Below, one piece after another: positions 26,244 through 37,010 of a DNA stretch of 43,979 bases (the first letter of the stretch is position 1; each line of letters opens with the position of its first letter). The stretch is from assembly GCA_964564315.1 (NCBI GenBank), contig CAZMBK010000001.1, positions 1 to 43,979 on the forward strand, given 5' to 3'. The stretch is from an uncultured Sulfurimonas sp. Lineage in GTDB: Bacteria > Campylobacterota > Campylobacteria > Campylobacterales > Sulfurimonadaceae. The notes below the pieces were generated by a model, which saw only the letters and a program-made list of their open reading frames with translations, was not told the origin of the DNA and made no database searches. A program made the translations under genes and the position numbers.

Positions 26244-29228
26244 ATGAAATTATCTTTAACTGCAGCAGCATTGATTGCCGCAACAATGTCGTTTCAAGGA
26301 TGTGGTGGCGGTGATGAGACAGTAACAACTGTTGCCACAATCCCACCTCCACTAGCAACACAAAATGATGAAACAGCAACTAGTGAAAATAGCAGTAGTA
26401 GTTTTTTTGAAGGCTTAGGGATAGACTCATCGGTTACCGATATCGGTAGTTCTATATATAATTGGTTTACTTCTGATGACACAGAGGAGGAAGAAGCAAA
26501 AAGTGACTTAACCTCCACTCTTTCAGACTTAGCACTGAGTAATACACTAGAAGTTTTTGTTAAAAATGGTCTTGATGTTTCTGTAACTTATGTTATTACT
26601 AACTATACACCTACTTTTTCTCAATCTTGGCTACTTGATAATGACTGGGGAGATAATGACGATCAATACCTTTATGAATCTTTGTATGATTCTAGTAGCA
26701 CTTTGGTTGGCTATTTTACTGGATTTTATAATGACACTGTAGGTTCTTCGAGTTCTAGTGCACCAGCAAGAGCCACAGAAATTGAAGAGAAACAAAATGA
26801 TTGGATAGATAAAATTATAGATGAAATTTATAATATTATTCAGGAGCTTATTGCAAGTTACTTCTCTTCAACTCCTGAAATAATTGAAGTGCCAGTAGAT
26901 GATAATTCACCAAAAATTGATCCAAATCAAACATTTGCATTTGAAGCATCAGATATTGAAGGTGAAGTTTACTATGTAGCTTCTCAGCAGTATATGAGTG
27001 TAACATTTAAACCTGATGGTTTAAGTGGTTATGGAGATATTGGGTACGGTGTTGGTGCAAGTTTTACAAGTTATGTAAGTGGTGGAGAGTTATTTATAGA
27101 TATGAGTGGTGTTTATGAAGTAGCCCTACGTTATAAAGATCCTGGCTACTGTTTAGTGACAGAGATGACAGATACATCGGATGGTTCTAAATATCCTGCT
27201 TATTGGTTTAGTGATAAGGCGGTTTATGATAAAGCAGATAGTGTCAGTACTGCCGAATCCTTATGTTATATTCACTCAACTGAATATGCACCAAAGGTTA
27301 TTGCAAAAGATGGTAAATTAGAGCTTATTTTAGAGGAGAGAGCGGGACACTCTCCTGTTACTGGGACAACAATAGCAAAAGTTTCAGCTTTAGTAGATGG
27401 TGTGGATAATACAGCTACTGTAAAAGACTCTAAATACTTTGCTCGCAAGATGCGTCATGGTGTTTTTACTATTTATACTACAAATGAACAGACTCATACA
27501 CTTCAAGCAACTGAAACAGAAAAAATAAATCGTGAACTTCTGCCTCTTGTAGCTGCAAGTGCACTTGGTATGCAAGAGTTGATGGGTGGTGCATATGATG
27601 CTAGTATCGCATTTCAAGAGGAAGTAAATCGAGACTTAGATGCTCCTGTTACAGAGGTAAATGAACGTTTAGATGCCCTTATAACTGCAACTTCTCAAGC
27701 GATGGATAGAACTACATCTGAAAATAATTACCATGGTATATCTAATACAACATCTTATGGTGATATAGTTGATTTTACAGCAACAAATATACAATCAGCT
27801 TGTGGCATGGCATTTTTCTTATGTAATAAAGCAACAGCTGATGTAAAAATGACTATAACAAATCCAGCTGATAATGGAAGAGTTGCAGATGTTGTTTTTA
27901 CTACTGAGATTGAGACATCTATAGTGGGAGATAGTGCAGTAGACTTTTCTCAAGTTGATGTTGGACAAGCAGTAAACTATATAAGTGGTACTGATTACAA
28001 CTTAAATATTAGTGATTTTACTTATGAACGTTCCAATGGGTTAATGAGTATTAAAGGGGATGGATTTTTAGGAAATGCTTCCAAATTGTCTTTCGATAGT
28101 TATGATATTTTAGCAACATTTACAGAAGAGCCAGCATTAGAACTTATAAAATTTAGTGCAACTATAGATGGTTCTGTAACAACAACGGCAGGAAGAGTAT
28201 TTAATGGTCAGTTAGTTTTTGATGGTGAAAATACAAATAATTCTAAAATGGATGGAATACTTATAGGTATAAATGATGAGCCAAAAATTGTTGGTGTAAT
28301 TAAAACATCCTTAAGCTCAGAAGAGATTACAGAATGGGTAGCAACACATGAGAGTGTAAGTACAGCAGATGCTGGTGATTTAGATAACATTGGCGATCAG
28401 AGTTACTCTATGAATGTAGAGATTGCACAAAATGATAAAAATGTAACTGCAGATATGCTGGTAAAACGAGATGATAGCTTACAGACATGGACATATATGA
28501 TGCAGAACCTTTCTGTGAGCGATGCTAATGGTGCCATGACAACGGAGAGTATATATCTTATTCAAAATGGTGAAAATACAATAGTAGAGAGTTTAGAAAA
28601 AATTGCCTTAAATGGACTAAGTGCTGATTCTGGTATGACAGGTATGATTGATCTTGGTTGGGATGTAGCGAGTGACTTTGACAAAATTGGTGTTGAAGGT
28701 TTAAATATAGTTATGAAAACTGATCCTAATGATACTGCAAAAAATGCTACTATAGCAGCTACTGTGCATGTTTTCAATAGTGGTGCAACAATGAGTGCTG
28801 ATATGGTAAGTAGTTATGATTATGGATTAACACATGTAACTTCTAAAGGAAATTTTCAAACTACAGTAGATGCAACAAGCGGTACAAATGCATATACTAA
28901 TACTTTTACAACAACTGGTTCAATTATTTCTGATGGTACATTTGATTACCTATATGAAGACTCTTATACTGATGCGGCACAGTATATTCTCTTTACTAGT
29001 AAAGATAGTGTTTATCAGATGGGCTTCATTTTAAAAGGTGCAGAGATTCAAGGTGGTGACTCATATGGTGTTGTTGCTGAGTTTATAATGAGTGAATCGT
29101 ATGATACTTTAGAAGTTATGAAACTTAGAAATAGAGATGAGAATCCATTGGGAATCTATAACCGTTTAGAAGATGCACTTAAAATTAAGTTTGCGGATGG
29201 TGTTGAGGAATACATGTACTTATATTAA
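26244..29228 (+). CDS. Large acidic lipoprotein of unknown function
   Basis: AAGGA RBS at 26234-26238 favours the ATG at 26244. Lipoprotein signal MKLSLTAAALIAATMSFQG|C; D/E/S/T-rich; beta-strand-like C-terminal half. Confidence 0.85.
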   Translation: MKLSLTAAALIAATMSFQGCGGGDETVTTVATIPPPLATQNDETATSENSSSSFFEGLGIDSSVTDIGSSIYNWFTSDDTEEEEAKSDLTSTLSDLALSNTLEVFVKNGLDVSVTYVITNYTPTFSQSWLLDNDWGDNDDQYLYESLYDSSSTLVGYFTGFYNDTVGSSSSSAPARATEIEEKQNDWIDKIIDEIYNIIQELIASYFSSTPEIIEVPVDDNSPKIDPNQTFAFEASDIEGEVYYVASQQYMSVTFKPDGLSGYGDIGYGVGASFTSYVSGGELFIDMSGVYEVALRYKDPGYCLVTEMTDTSDGSKYPAYWFSDKAVYDKADSVSTAESLCYIHSTEYAPKVIAKDGKLELILEERAGHSPVTGTTIAKVSALVDGVDNTATVKDSKYFARKMRHGVFTIYTTNEQTHTLQATETEKINRELLPLVAASALGMQELMGGAYDASIAFQEEVNRDLDAPVTEVNERLDALITATSQAMDRTTSENNYHGISNTTSYGDIVDFTATNIQSACGMAFFLCNKATADVKMTITNPADNGRVADVVFTTEIETSIVGDSAVDFSQVDVGQAVNYISGTDYNLNISDFTYERSNGLMSIKGDGFLGNASKLSFDSYDILATFTEEPALELIKFSATIDGSVTTTAGRVFNGQLVFDGENTNNSKMDGILIGINDEPKIVGVIKTSLSSEEITEWVATHESVSTADAGDLDNIGDQSYSMNVEIAQNDKNVTADMLVKRDDSLQTWTYMMQNLSVSDANGAMTTESIYLIQNGENTIVESLEKIALNGLSADSGMTGMIDLGWDVASDFDKIGVEGLNIVMKTDPNDTAKNATIAATVHVFNSGATMSADMVSSYDYGLTHVTSKGNFQTTVDATSGTNAYTNTFTTTGSIISDGTFDYLYEDSYTDAAQYILFTSKDSVYQMGFILKGAEIQGGDSYGVVAEFIMSESYDTLEVMKLRNRDENPLGIYNRLEDALKIKFADGVEEYMYLY

Positions 29229-29241
29229 GAGTACATGTATT
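29209..29241. terminator. Perfect 12-bp hairpin between convergent lipoprotein gene and glmU
   Basis: AATACATGTACT (29209-29220), 9-nt loop, AGTACATGTATT (29230-29241). Confidence 0.6.
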
Positions 29242-29273
29242 AGAGATACCTCAAGAGTAATAACTTTTATAGA

Positions 29274-30578
29274 TTACTTTTTACTAAAATGTTTGTAAAA
29301 ATAATTTGGTATAGTTCTTAGCTTTATACGAGTGAGTGCTAAAACACCACTTTTTATTGTACCACTCGCAATAGTAGATCCTGCTGCAATCATTACATCA
29401 TCTTCTATGGTTACAGGTGCAATGAGTTGTGTATCGCTTCCCACAAAAACATTTTTGCCTATGATAGTTTTATATTTTTTAACACCATCATAGTTACAGG
29501 TAATAGTTCCTGCTCCAATATTTGTTCCCTCATCAATCTGTGCATCACCAAGGTAGCTTAAATGTCCTGCTTTTACACCTTTAAGTGTAGATTTTTTTAC
29601 CTCCACAAAGTTACCAATGTGAGTATCTTCAATGTATGAAGCAGGGCGAAGGTGTGCGAGAGGTCCTACATCTGAGTTTTTAACAATGCTATCTTCTATA
29701 ACTGAACCTGATTTTATATGAGACTCTTTTATAAGTGTTTCACCACTTAAACGACATCCATTTTCTAAAATAGATTCCCCCTCAAAAACGACTGTAGACT
29801 CTATGTATATAGTAGATGGAAGTTGCATAATTACACCTGCTTGCATCCAGTGTGTTCTAATTCTCTCTTGCATAATCTCTTCAGAGTCAGCAAGATCTTT
29901 TTTAGAATTTACCCCTTTAAAATGTTCTTCATCCACAAGAAGTGGAGCAATAGAGAGAGCATCTTTTTTAGCCATGGCGATGACATCAGTAAGGTAATAC
30001 TCTTTTTGTGCATTGTCATTACTTAAAAGCGGAATATACTTGTCAATCACATTTTTACTAAATGCATAGATACCTGCATTTACAGTTGTTGTTGCTAGTT
30101 CTTTCTCATTTGCATCTTTTTGTTCGACAATATATTGCACTTTGTCATCATCTATAATAACACGACCATAACCAGTAGGGTCTTTAAGATCAAAAATAGA
30201 CATAATGACTTCTGCATCTGTTTCTATAAAACCGTGTAGTGCTTCTGCAGTGATAAGAGGCATATCTCCATTAAGTACTAGAACTTTCTCATTCTTTGGT
30301 ACTACATTTTTCATAGCACCTCCCGTCCCTGGAAAATTTTCAGCATCTTGAACTATAAAGTTAATATCGCTAAAGAGTGATTCCATACTCTCTTGTACGA
30401 GCTCTTTTTGATGGGCAATAACTACACTAATATCATTAGAGATCTCTTGTGATGCTTTTATAATATGATAAAGCATAGGTTTTCCACTTATGGAGTGGAG
30501 TACTTTTGCTGTAGGGGATTTCATACGACTTCCCTTTCCAGCTGCTAGAATTATGATACTTATTTTATCTTTACTCAT
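29274..30578 (-). CDS. glmU: Bifunctional UDP-GlcNAc pyrophosphorylase/glucosamine-1-phosphate acetyltransferase
   Basis: [47 protein letters not shown]. Confidence 0.98.
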   Translation of the reverse strand: MSKDKISIIILAAGKGSRMKSPTAKVLHSISGKPMLYHIIKASQEISNDISVVIAHQKELVQESMESLFSDINFIVQDAENFPGTGGAMKNVVPKNEKVLVLNGDMPLITAEALHGFIETDAEVIMSIFDLKDPTGYGRVIIDDDKVQYIVEQKDANEKELATTTVNAGIYAFSKNVIDKYIPLLSNDNAQKEYYLTDVIAMAKKDALSIAPLLVDEEHFKGVNSKKDLADSEEIMQERIRTHWMQAGVIMQLPSTIYIESTVVFEGESILENGCRLSGETLIKESHIKSGSVIEDSIVKNSDVGPLAHLRPASYIEDTHIGNFVEVKKSTLKGVKAGHLSYLGDAQIDEGTNIGAGTITCNYDGVKKYKTIIGKNVFVGSDTQLIAPVTIEDDVMIAAGSTIASGTIKSGVLALTRIKLRTIPNYFYKHFSKK

Positions 30579-30702
30579 TCTTTACCTTCTTTTTTTGTAA
30601 TGAAATATTAGCAAAATATTGATTAAAAATAGATGGCTAACTTCTTACTAATTAATTTTGTGGTATTATAAGCTAATTATAATTTTATGTTAAGGTTTTT
30701 AA

Positions 30703-31467
30703 ATGGATTTAGGTACGGTCATTGGTATTGTTTTAATTATGGTTCTTCTTTTGGGTGCTATGACTATGGGTGTTGGTGTTGGTGCATACATTGATATTCC
30801 TTCCGTTCTCATTGTTGTTGGTGGTAGTATTGGAGCATTGATGATTTCATTTAAACCAAATCAAATGAAAGCATTTACAAAAATTTTTGGAAAAGCTATT
30901 AAGCCAGGGGAAGAAGATCCACTTGAGCTTATTAAAAAACTTGTAGAGTTTGCGACAAAAGCTAGAAAAGATGGGATTTTAGCGCTTGAGGGTGATGTCA
31001 ATGATGAAGAGAATGAGTTCTTAAAAAAAGGACTCTCTATGGCGATAGATGGTAGTGAACCAGATACTATTCGTGAACTTCTTGAAATAGATATGGAACA
31101 GACAAGTACACGACATAAAATTCACGGTTCCATTTTTAATCAGTGGGCAGGACTTGCTGGTGCGATGGGTATGGTTGGAACACTCATTGGTCTCGTTGCT
31201 ATGCTTTTAAATATGGCAGACCCATCTGCCATTGGACCATCGATGGCGGTTGCACTTCTTACTACCATGTATGGTGCGATTATTGGGAATGTTTTTGGAA
31301 CACCTATTTATAATATATTGGCGATACGTAATGATGAAGAGACTATTATAAAAGAGATGATTGTCTCTGGTATTATGTCTATTCAGTCTGGAGATGCACC
31401 GCGTGTTTTAGAAGCAAAACTTCTTGCATATATGGCTCCTTCAGATAGAGTAAGCCAATTTGATTAA
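30703..31467 (+). CDS. motA: Flagellar stator A subunit (MotA/PomA)
   Basis: ARKDGILALE, GMVGTLIGLV, GPSMAVALLTTMYG. Confidence 0.93.
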   Translation: MDLGTVIGIVLIMVLLLGAMTMGVGVGAYIDIPSVLIVVGGSIGALMISFKPNQMKAFTKIFGKAIKPGEEDPLELIKKLVEFATKARKDGILALEGDVNDEENEFLKKGLSMAIDGSEPDTIRELLEIDMEQTSTRHKIHGSIFNQWAGLAGAMGMVGTLIGLVAMLLNMADPSAIGPSMAVALLTTMYGAIIGNVFGTPIYNILAIRNDEETIIKEMIVSGIMSIQSGDAPRVLEAKLLAYMAPSDRVSQFD

Positions 31468-31485
31468 AGTAGAGAGTAAATAATT

Positions 31486-32262
31486 ATGGCTAAAAATAAA
31501 TGTCCCGAGTGTGAAGAGTGCCTTCCTGCTTGGTTGGCTGCATTTGGGGACTTGATGTCCCTTCTTTTATGTTTCTTTGTTCTCCTTTTATCAATGTCAA
31601 GTATGGATGCAAAAAAAGTTTCTGAGGCAATTGGTTCTCTTTCTGGTGCGATGAGTGTTTTAGAGGGTGGAACAAAAACAGAGATTTCAAAACAACGTAT
31701 TCAGGAGTCTACACCTATAGAGTCTCAAGATGAAACAAGTGAAATGGTAAATCGTATACAGCAAGCTGCAAGTGATGCAAATGAGATGATGGAACAGTCT
31801 GAGGGTCCTGCTATTACAGTAGAAGAAGCACAAGAGGGGTTTGTAATAGAACTTCCCGCAGCACTTCTATTTAAACCAGGAAGTGCGACTATTGAAAACC
31901 AAGATGCACTCCTTTTCTTAAAACGGATAGCCCTTATAATTGAAGAGTTACCAAAGAATTTAGAGGTAAGTATTCAAGGGCATACTGATGAGGGTGCACC
32001 TGGAAGAAGTAGTCCTTTTAAAGATAACTGGGAACTCTCTTCTGCTCGAGCAATTTCAGTCCTTCATGAGTTGTTACTTGATGGTGTAGATGGAAAAAGA
32101 ATGAGTGCCGTTGGATATGCTGAGTTTAAGCCAGTAGCTACAAATGTTACAGCAAGTGGGCGAGCTAAAAATCGTAGAGTTGAACTTCGCTTTTATGGTA
32201 AAAAAAATGAGAAAGATGTAAAAGTAGATACTTCTGTACTCGATAAGGCTTCTGCAAAATAA
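31486..32262 (+). CDS. motB: Flagellar stator B subunit (MotB/PomB)
   Basis: WLAAFGDLMSLLLCFFVLL TM with conserved Asp; OmpA-like GHTD, NWELSSARA, NRRVE. Confidence 0.93.
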   Translation: MAKNKCPECEECLPAWLAAFGDLMSLLLCFFVLLLSMSSMDAKKVSEAIGSLSGAMSVLEGGTKTEISKQRIQESTPIESQDETSEMVNRIQQAASDANEMMEQSEGPAITVEEAQEGFVIELPAALLFKPGSATIENQDALLFLKRIALIIEELPKNLEVSIQGHTDEGAPGRSSPFKDNWELSSARAISVLHELLLDGVDGKRMSAVGYAEFKPVATNVTASGRAKNRRVELRFYGKKNEKDVKVDTSVLDKASAK

Positions 32263-32999
32263 TGTTTAAGTATCTACTAGTTTTTCTTGCATTGGTTTCG
32301 TATGCTTTTGGTGCAGAGAGTATTACTATACCGACTGTAGATTTTAAACTCTCTGCTCCAGATACACCACAACAGTTGGTATCTTCATTGAACCTCTTAG
32401 TTGTTTTAACACTTCTTTTTTTAGCACCGTCCATGGTACTAGTGATGACAACATTTACACGTTTTGTGATTGTTTTTGGATTTTTACGCCAAGCACTTGG
32501 AACACAGCAAGTTCCCCCAACCCAACTTCTTGTTATGCTTGCCATGATACTTACTTTTTTTGTGATGGAACCTGTTGGTACAAAAGCATATAACAATGGT
32601 ATAAAGCCATATATAGCTGAAGAGATAGGCTATGAAGAAGCATTTGCTAAAACAGCACTCCCTTTTAAAAATTTTATGATTAGAAATACTAGGGAGAAAG
32701 ATTTAGCACTCTTTTTTCGTATAAGAAAGATGCAAAATCCTCAAACAGTAGCTGATGTTCCACTCTCTATTATTATTCCTGCATTTGTGATTAGTGAGTT
32801 AAAAACTGCATTTGAAGTGGGTTTTTTAATCTTCTTACCATTTTTGGTAATAGATATGGTTGTAGCATCTATACTTATGTCAATGGGTATGATGATGCTC
32901 CCCCCTGTTATGATATCCTTACCTTTTAAGATACTTGTTTTTGTACTTATAGATGGCTGGAATTTACTTATTGGTAATTTGATTGCCGCTATAAAATAG
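32262..32999 (+). CDS. fliP: Flagellar export apparatus protein FliP
   Basis: LRQALGTQQVPP, PAFVISELKTAF, MGMMMLPP, LPFKILVFVLIDGW. Confidence 0.97.
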   Translation: MFKYLLVFLALVSYAFGAESITIPTVDFKLSAPDTPQQLVSSLNLLVVLTLLFLAPSMVLVMTTFTRFVIVFGFLRQALGTQQVPPTQLLVMLAMILTFFVMEPVGTKAYNNGIKPYIAEEIGYEEAFAKTALPFKNFMIRNTREKDLALFFRIRKMQNPQTVADVPLSIIIPAFVISELKTAFEVGFLIFLPFLVIDMVVASILMSMGMMMLPPVMISLPFKILVFVLIDGWNLLIGNLIAAIK

Positions 33000-33008
33000 G
33001 AGAGAGAT

Positions 33009-34121
33009 TTGGAATGTAAACATTTTGGTGAGTGTGGTGCCTGTAGAGTCTATGAGTCTGGATATAGTGGACAACTTCAAGATAAAATAGCCCTGAATAA
33101 AGAGAGATTTAGCTCTTTTTACAATGGAGAAATAAAAGTATTTGAATCTCCTGATGCACACTATCGTTCACGGAGTGAGTTTAAACTTTGGCATGATGGA
33201 GATGCAATCTACTATGCTATGAATAATGCTACAAAAGATGGTGTAATCTTCGTAGAAGAGTGTCCTCAAGTAAATCAACATATCTCAAATCTAATGCCAA
33301 AACTCTTAGAGGCTATACAAGAGCAAGTCATAGGATTTAAACTTTTTGGTGTAGACTTTTTAAGTGCAAGGGATGGAGAGATAGTGGTCTCTATGCTTTA
33401 CCATAGGAAACTTGACGATGTATGGCAAGAGAAAGCTACAAAAATAGCGACTAAACTTGGAATATATATAATAGGGCGAAGTCGTAAACAAAAAGTTGTA
33501 ATAGGTCAAGATTATATTACCGAAATGCTTTATATTAAAGAGAGAGAGTATAAGTTTAAACATATTGAAAATAGCTTTACACAGCCAAATGCTACTGTAA
33601 ATGAGAAGATGATTACATGGGCTATTGATTCTTTAGGTGAGGTGAGAGGTGATTTGCTAGAACTATATTGTGGCGCAGGAAACTTTACAATACCTTTTGC
33701 TATGCTCTTTAATAAAGTTTTAGCTACAGAAATATCAAAGTCATCTATAAATGCAGCAAAAGAGAATATGCGACTTAATAATGTGGTAAATATAGAGTTT
33801 TTACGTATGGATGTAGAAGATTTCGTGGGTGCACTTGATGGAATTCGTGAGTATAGACGTATGAAAGATATTGATATTGAAACATATGAGATTGAGACTA
33901 TTTTTGTAGATCCACCTAGAAGTGGAATGGATGAGGGATCTTGTAGGTTTGCTTCACGCTATAAAAATATTCTTTATATCTCTTGTAATCCTGAAACATT
34001 AGTACGAGACTTAGAGATACTCTCTCAAACACATGATATTATCGATATGGCAATATTTGATCAATTTCCTTACACCCATCATGTAGAAATGGGTGTGAAA
34101 TTATCAAAAAAAGACTCTTAA
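33009..34121 (+). CDS. trmA: tRNA (uridine(54)-C5)-methyltransferase
   Basis: TTG start after AGGAG; FTQPN, LLELYCGAGNF, FVDPPR, YISCNP, DQFPYTHHVE. Confidence 0.93.
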   Translation: MECKHFGECGACRVYESGYSGQLQDKIALNKERFSSFYNGEIKVFESPDAHYRSRSEFKLWHDGDAIYYAMNNATKDGVIFVEECPQVNQHISNLMPKLLEAIQEQVIGFKLFGVDFLSARDGEIVVSMLYHRKLDDVWQEKATKIATKLGIYIIGRSRKQKVVIGQDYITEMLYIKEREYKFKHIENSFTQPNATVNEKMITWAIDSLGEVRGDLLELYCGAGNFTIPFAMLFNKVLATEISKSSINAAKENMRLNNVVNIEFLRMDVEDFVGALDGIREYRRMKDIDIETYEIETIFVDPPRSGMDEGSCRFASRYKNILYISCNPETLVRDLEILSQTHDIIDMAIFDQFPYTHHVEMGVKLSKKDS

Positions 34122-34486
34122 TGAAATATATTGTTTTAGGTTTTTTACTGCTTTATACTACACTTTATTCGGATGAAATAGAGAGAATAAAATCTATAGT
34201 AAATGATATACAAGAATTACGAAGTAGCTACCGTAGAGCTGAAAATGAGATAGTTAATTATAAAAAAGAGATAGAAAATCTTAAAAAAGAGAACCTCTAT
34301 TTAAAAAAGAGTAATGATACATTAGTGAATGATAATAAAATAAAAGAGTTAAAACTTCTTGTAAAAATAGAAGAAAAACAGAAGAAAATTTGTGAAATAA
34401 AAATTAAAAAGAATCAATTTCCAAAGTTAGAGATGAAAGAGAAGTATACATTTAAAAGTTTTAAAGCATTGGATAAAAGCAAATGA
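34121..34486 (+). CDS. Small exported coiled-coil hypothetical protein
   Basis: Signal-like N-terminus and K/E-rich heptads; overlaps both neighbours. Confidence 0.7.
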   Translation: MKYIVLGFLLLYTTLYSDEIERIKSIVNDIQELRSSYRRAENEIVNYKKEIENLKKENLYLKKSNDTLVNDNKIKELKLLVKIEEKQKKICEIKIKKNQFPKLEMKEKYTFKSFKALDKSK

Positions 34487-35889
34487 AAAAAATTTTAATA
34501 ATTAGTGATGGAAAAATAGGGGAACACTTTATTCAGCGTGTGAATGAAACATATACTAGTGAAAATATTTACTATGTTGTTCAAATAAAAGCAACAGAGT
34601 TTGAAAATATGAATCCTGCCCGTTTTAAATTTTACGAGTTTGATCCCACAAGTCTTTATAAGTTGTCAAATTTACTAAAGATGGAGTTTCTTCAGGTTTT
34701 TGTAGCCATGGAGACTCAGATAGATGTTGAAAATACGATTAAAAATATTCGTACAATACGAAAACAGTTACGTGTTATAGTTCTTAACAAATGGAAAATG
34801 ATAAATGAAGATGCAAATGTTGTTCTGCTTAATAGTAATGAACTAGTTGCTTCTCGACTTCTTGATTACTTACCAAATGTTCCAGTAATAGCCCAAAATG
34901 TTGGACTGGGTGAGGGTGAGATTATGGAAGTTCTTGTTCCTTTTGGAAGCTCGTTTGTTTATAGACATATAGGAGCAATAGAACAAAAAAATTGGCGAAT
35001 TGTTGCTATATATAGAAATAGAAAACTTATTATGCCATCGAGAAGAAAGATGATACAACCTAATGATCTACTTGTTCTTATTGGTGACCCTGCTGTATTA
35101 AAATCTGTTTATCGCTCTATTAAACGTGAACTTGGACAGTTTCCTGAGCCGTTTGGGACGAACTTACTACTCTATATAGATATGAATCTTATAAATAACA
35201 AGAGTATAAAAGAGTCTATTTTACGTGCAATTTATGTGCATCAGCAGTTTAAACATGACTTAGTAATAAAAGTCACTAATCCTTCAGATCTTGATATTTT
35301 GCAATATATAAAAAGTTTTAGAAGTTTAAATATTATTATTGATATAGATTATGATAGCATTAATCTTAAAGAAGTTTTTTTTAAAGATGTAAAAAATTAT
35401 CATGTTGGGCTTGTTATAATTACTAAAGAGATGTTTGCAGATTGTTATGTTCGCTCTGCCATGTACGAAGCACATGTCCCTGTCTTAAAGCTTGCAGATA
35501 AAAGTTTTTCTACTCTCAAAGAGGCAGTACTCATTCTTTCAGACAACAGAGACTTGGAGAAGATCTCTTCTACAATTTTTGATATTTCTGAACAGATGAA
35601 CTTTAACATAGAACTCTACAACTATGTAAGTGAACACCAGGAGGAGAAAGAACAAGTGATAGAACACTATTATAATCTTTCAACAATTTTTTCTAAGAGT
35701 ATTAAAATATTTAAAGAGAATGAAAATCCTATAAGTAAACTGAAAACAAAAGAGAATTTTATTCAACTTTTACCATTTACAAAAAAACTAACACAGCGAC
35801 GTTTATACTCTCTTTTTTCAACAGATAGTGAGAAACTTTACCACAGACTCAATGAGTATCATCAGATATTTATACCAGTACAACTCTAA
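34483..35889 (+). CDS. COG3400-like protein with TrkA-C (RCK-C) domain
   Basis: GLGEGEIMEVLVPFGSSFVYRHIG...WRIVAIYR...DLLVLIG. Confidence 0.8.
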   Translation: MKKILIISDGKIGEHFIQRVNETYTSENIYYVVQIKATEFENMNPARFKFYEFDPTSLYKLSNLLKMEFLQVFVAMETQIDVENTIKNIRTIRKQLRVIVLNKWKMINEDANVVLLNSNELVASRLLDYLPNVPVIAQNVGLGEGEIMEVLVPFGSSFVYRHIGAIEQKNWRIVAIYRNRKLIMPSRRKMIQPNDLLVLIGDPAVLKSVYRSIKRELGQFPEPFGTNLLLYIDMNLINNKSIKESILRAIYVHQQFKHDLVIKVTNPSDLDILQYIKSFRSLNIIIDIDYDSINLKEVFFKDVKNYHVGLVIITKEMFADCYVRSAMYEAHVPVLKLADKSFSTLKEAVLILSDNRDLEKISSTIFDISEQMNFNIELYNYVSEHQEEKEQVIEHYYNLSTIFSKSIKIFKENENPISKLKTKENFIQLLPFTKKLTQRRLYSLFSTDSEKLYHRLNEYHQIFIPVQL

Positions 35890-35960
35890 TTTAGCCATTC
35901 TTTAGTATTTTTTAAGTATTATCTATATAGTTTTAAAAATATTATAATTTTGGATAGATA

Positions 35961-37010
35961 ATGCAAGTAAACATCCCCCTTAAGCAAGTTGTAGATAACT
36001 CATACAATATAACAATTGACACTATAAAACCCATTCATTTTGACACTAAAGTTGCCATTATTACCAACCCTAAAGTTGCAGGCTTACATTTAGCATATTT
36101 ACTCTCCAAGCTTACAGCCAAAGAACTCTATATTATTACTGTTCCTGATGGGGAGGCGTATAAAAATCAAGACTCTATTAATACTATTTTAGAGTCTCTT
36201 TTTAATCATAAATTTAACCGTAAGTCTATGCTTATAGCATTTGGTGGGGGTGTAATAGGAGATATGACAGGATATGCTGCAAGCATTTACCAAAGAGGTA
36301 TTGATTTTATTCAGATTCCGACTACACTTCTTTCTCAAGTAGATGCAAGTGTTGGAGGAAAAACAGGAATGAATAATAGCTATGGAAAAAATCTTATTGG
36401 TGCTTTTCATCAGCCAAAGGCTGTTTTTATAGACCCTCGCTTTTTAGCAACACTTCCTGCTCGTGAGTTTGGTGCAGGTGTAGCAGAGATTGTAAAAATG
36501 GCAGTTACATTTAACAAAGTTTTTTTTGAATTTTTAGAAAGTTCTGATTTACGAGATGCTGAAGTACTTCAAGAGGTAATAAAAAAAGCTGTGCAGACGA
36601 AGGCTGATGTAGTCGCACAAGATGAAAAAGAGAATGGAATTCGTGCAGCTCTGAACTATGGACATACTTTTGGGCATGTTATAGAAAATGAGACTAAGTA
36701 TAAAAAATATCTTCATGGAGAGGCTGTAGCTATCGGTATGGTTATGGCAAATGAGACGGCTGTAAAGATGTCTCTTATGAGTGAAATTGAAGCGAATCGT
36801 ATTAAAGCTCTTTTGCAAAAGTATAATTTACCTACATCTTATGATATCAGTGATGCTGAGAGTTTCTATGAGACATTTTTTTTAGATAAAAAAAGTTCGG
36901 ACTCTACTATTACATTTATTATTCCTGTTGGACTTGGTGGGGTAAAAATTACAGATAGTTGCGATAGAGAGCTTGTGCTCTCTGTTTTAGAAAGTTTCGG
37001 AGAAGAGTAA
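35961..37010 (+). CDS. aroB: 3-dehydroquinate synthase
   Basis: GGGVIGD, PTTLLSQVDASVGGKTG, LNYGHTFGH, LHGEAV. Confidence 0.97.
   Translation: MQVNIPLKQVVDNSYNITIDTIKPIHFDTKVAIITNPKVAGLHLAYLLSKLTAKELYIITVPDGEAYKNQDSINTILESLFNHKFNRKSMLIAFGGGVIGDMTGYAASIYQRGIDFIQIPTTLLSQVDASVGGKTGMNNSYGKNLIGAFHQPKAVFIDPRFLATLPAREFGAGVAEIVKMAVTFNKVFFEFLESSDLRDAEVLQEVIKKAVQTKADVVAQDEKENGIRAALNYGHTFGHVIENETKYKKYLHGEAVAIGMVMANETAVKMSLMSEIEANRIKALLQKYNLPTSYDISDAESFYETFFLDKKSSDSTITFIIPVGLGGVKITDSCDRELVLSVLESFGEE

Noticed and set aside
26140-26379. 79-aa minus-strand ORF across the lipoprotein promoter
   Set aside because: It overlaps the lipoprotein signal peptide and an AT-rich promoter region and has no protein-like features.
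30703-32999. motA-motB-fliP isolated from other flagellar genes
   Set aside because: Dispersed flagellar genes are normal in Campylobacterota.
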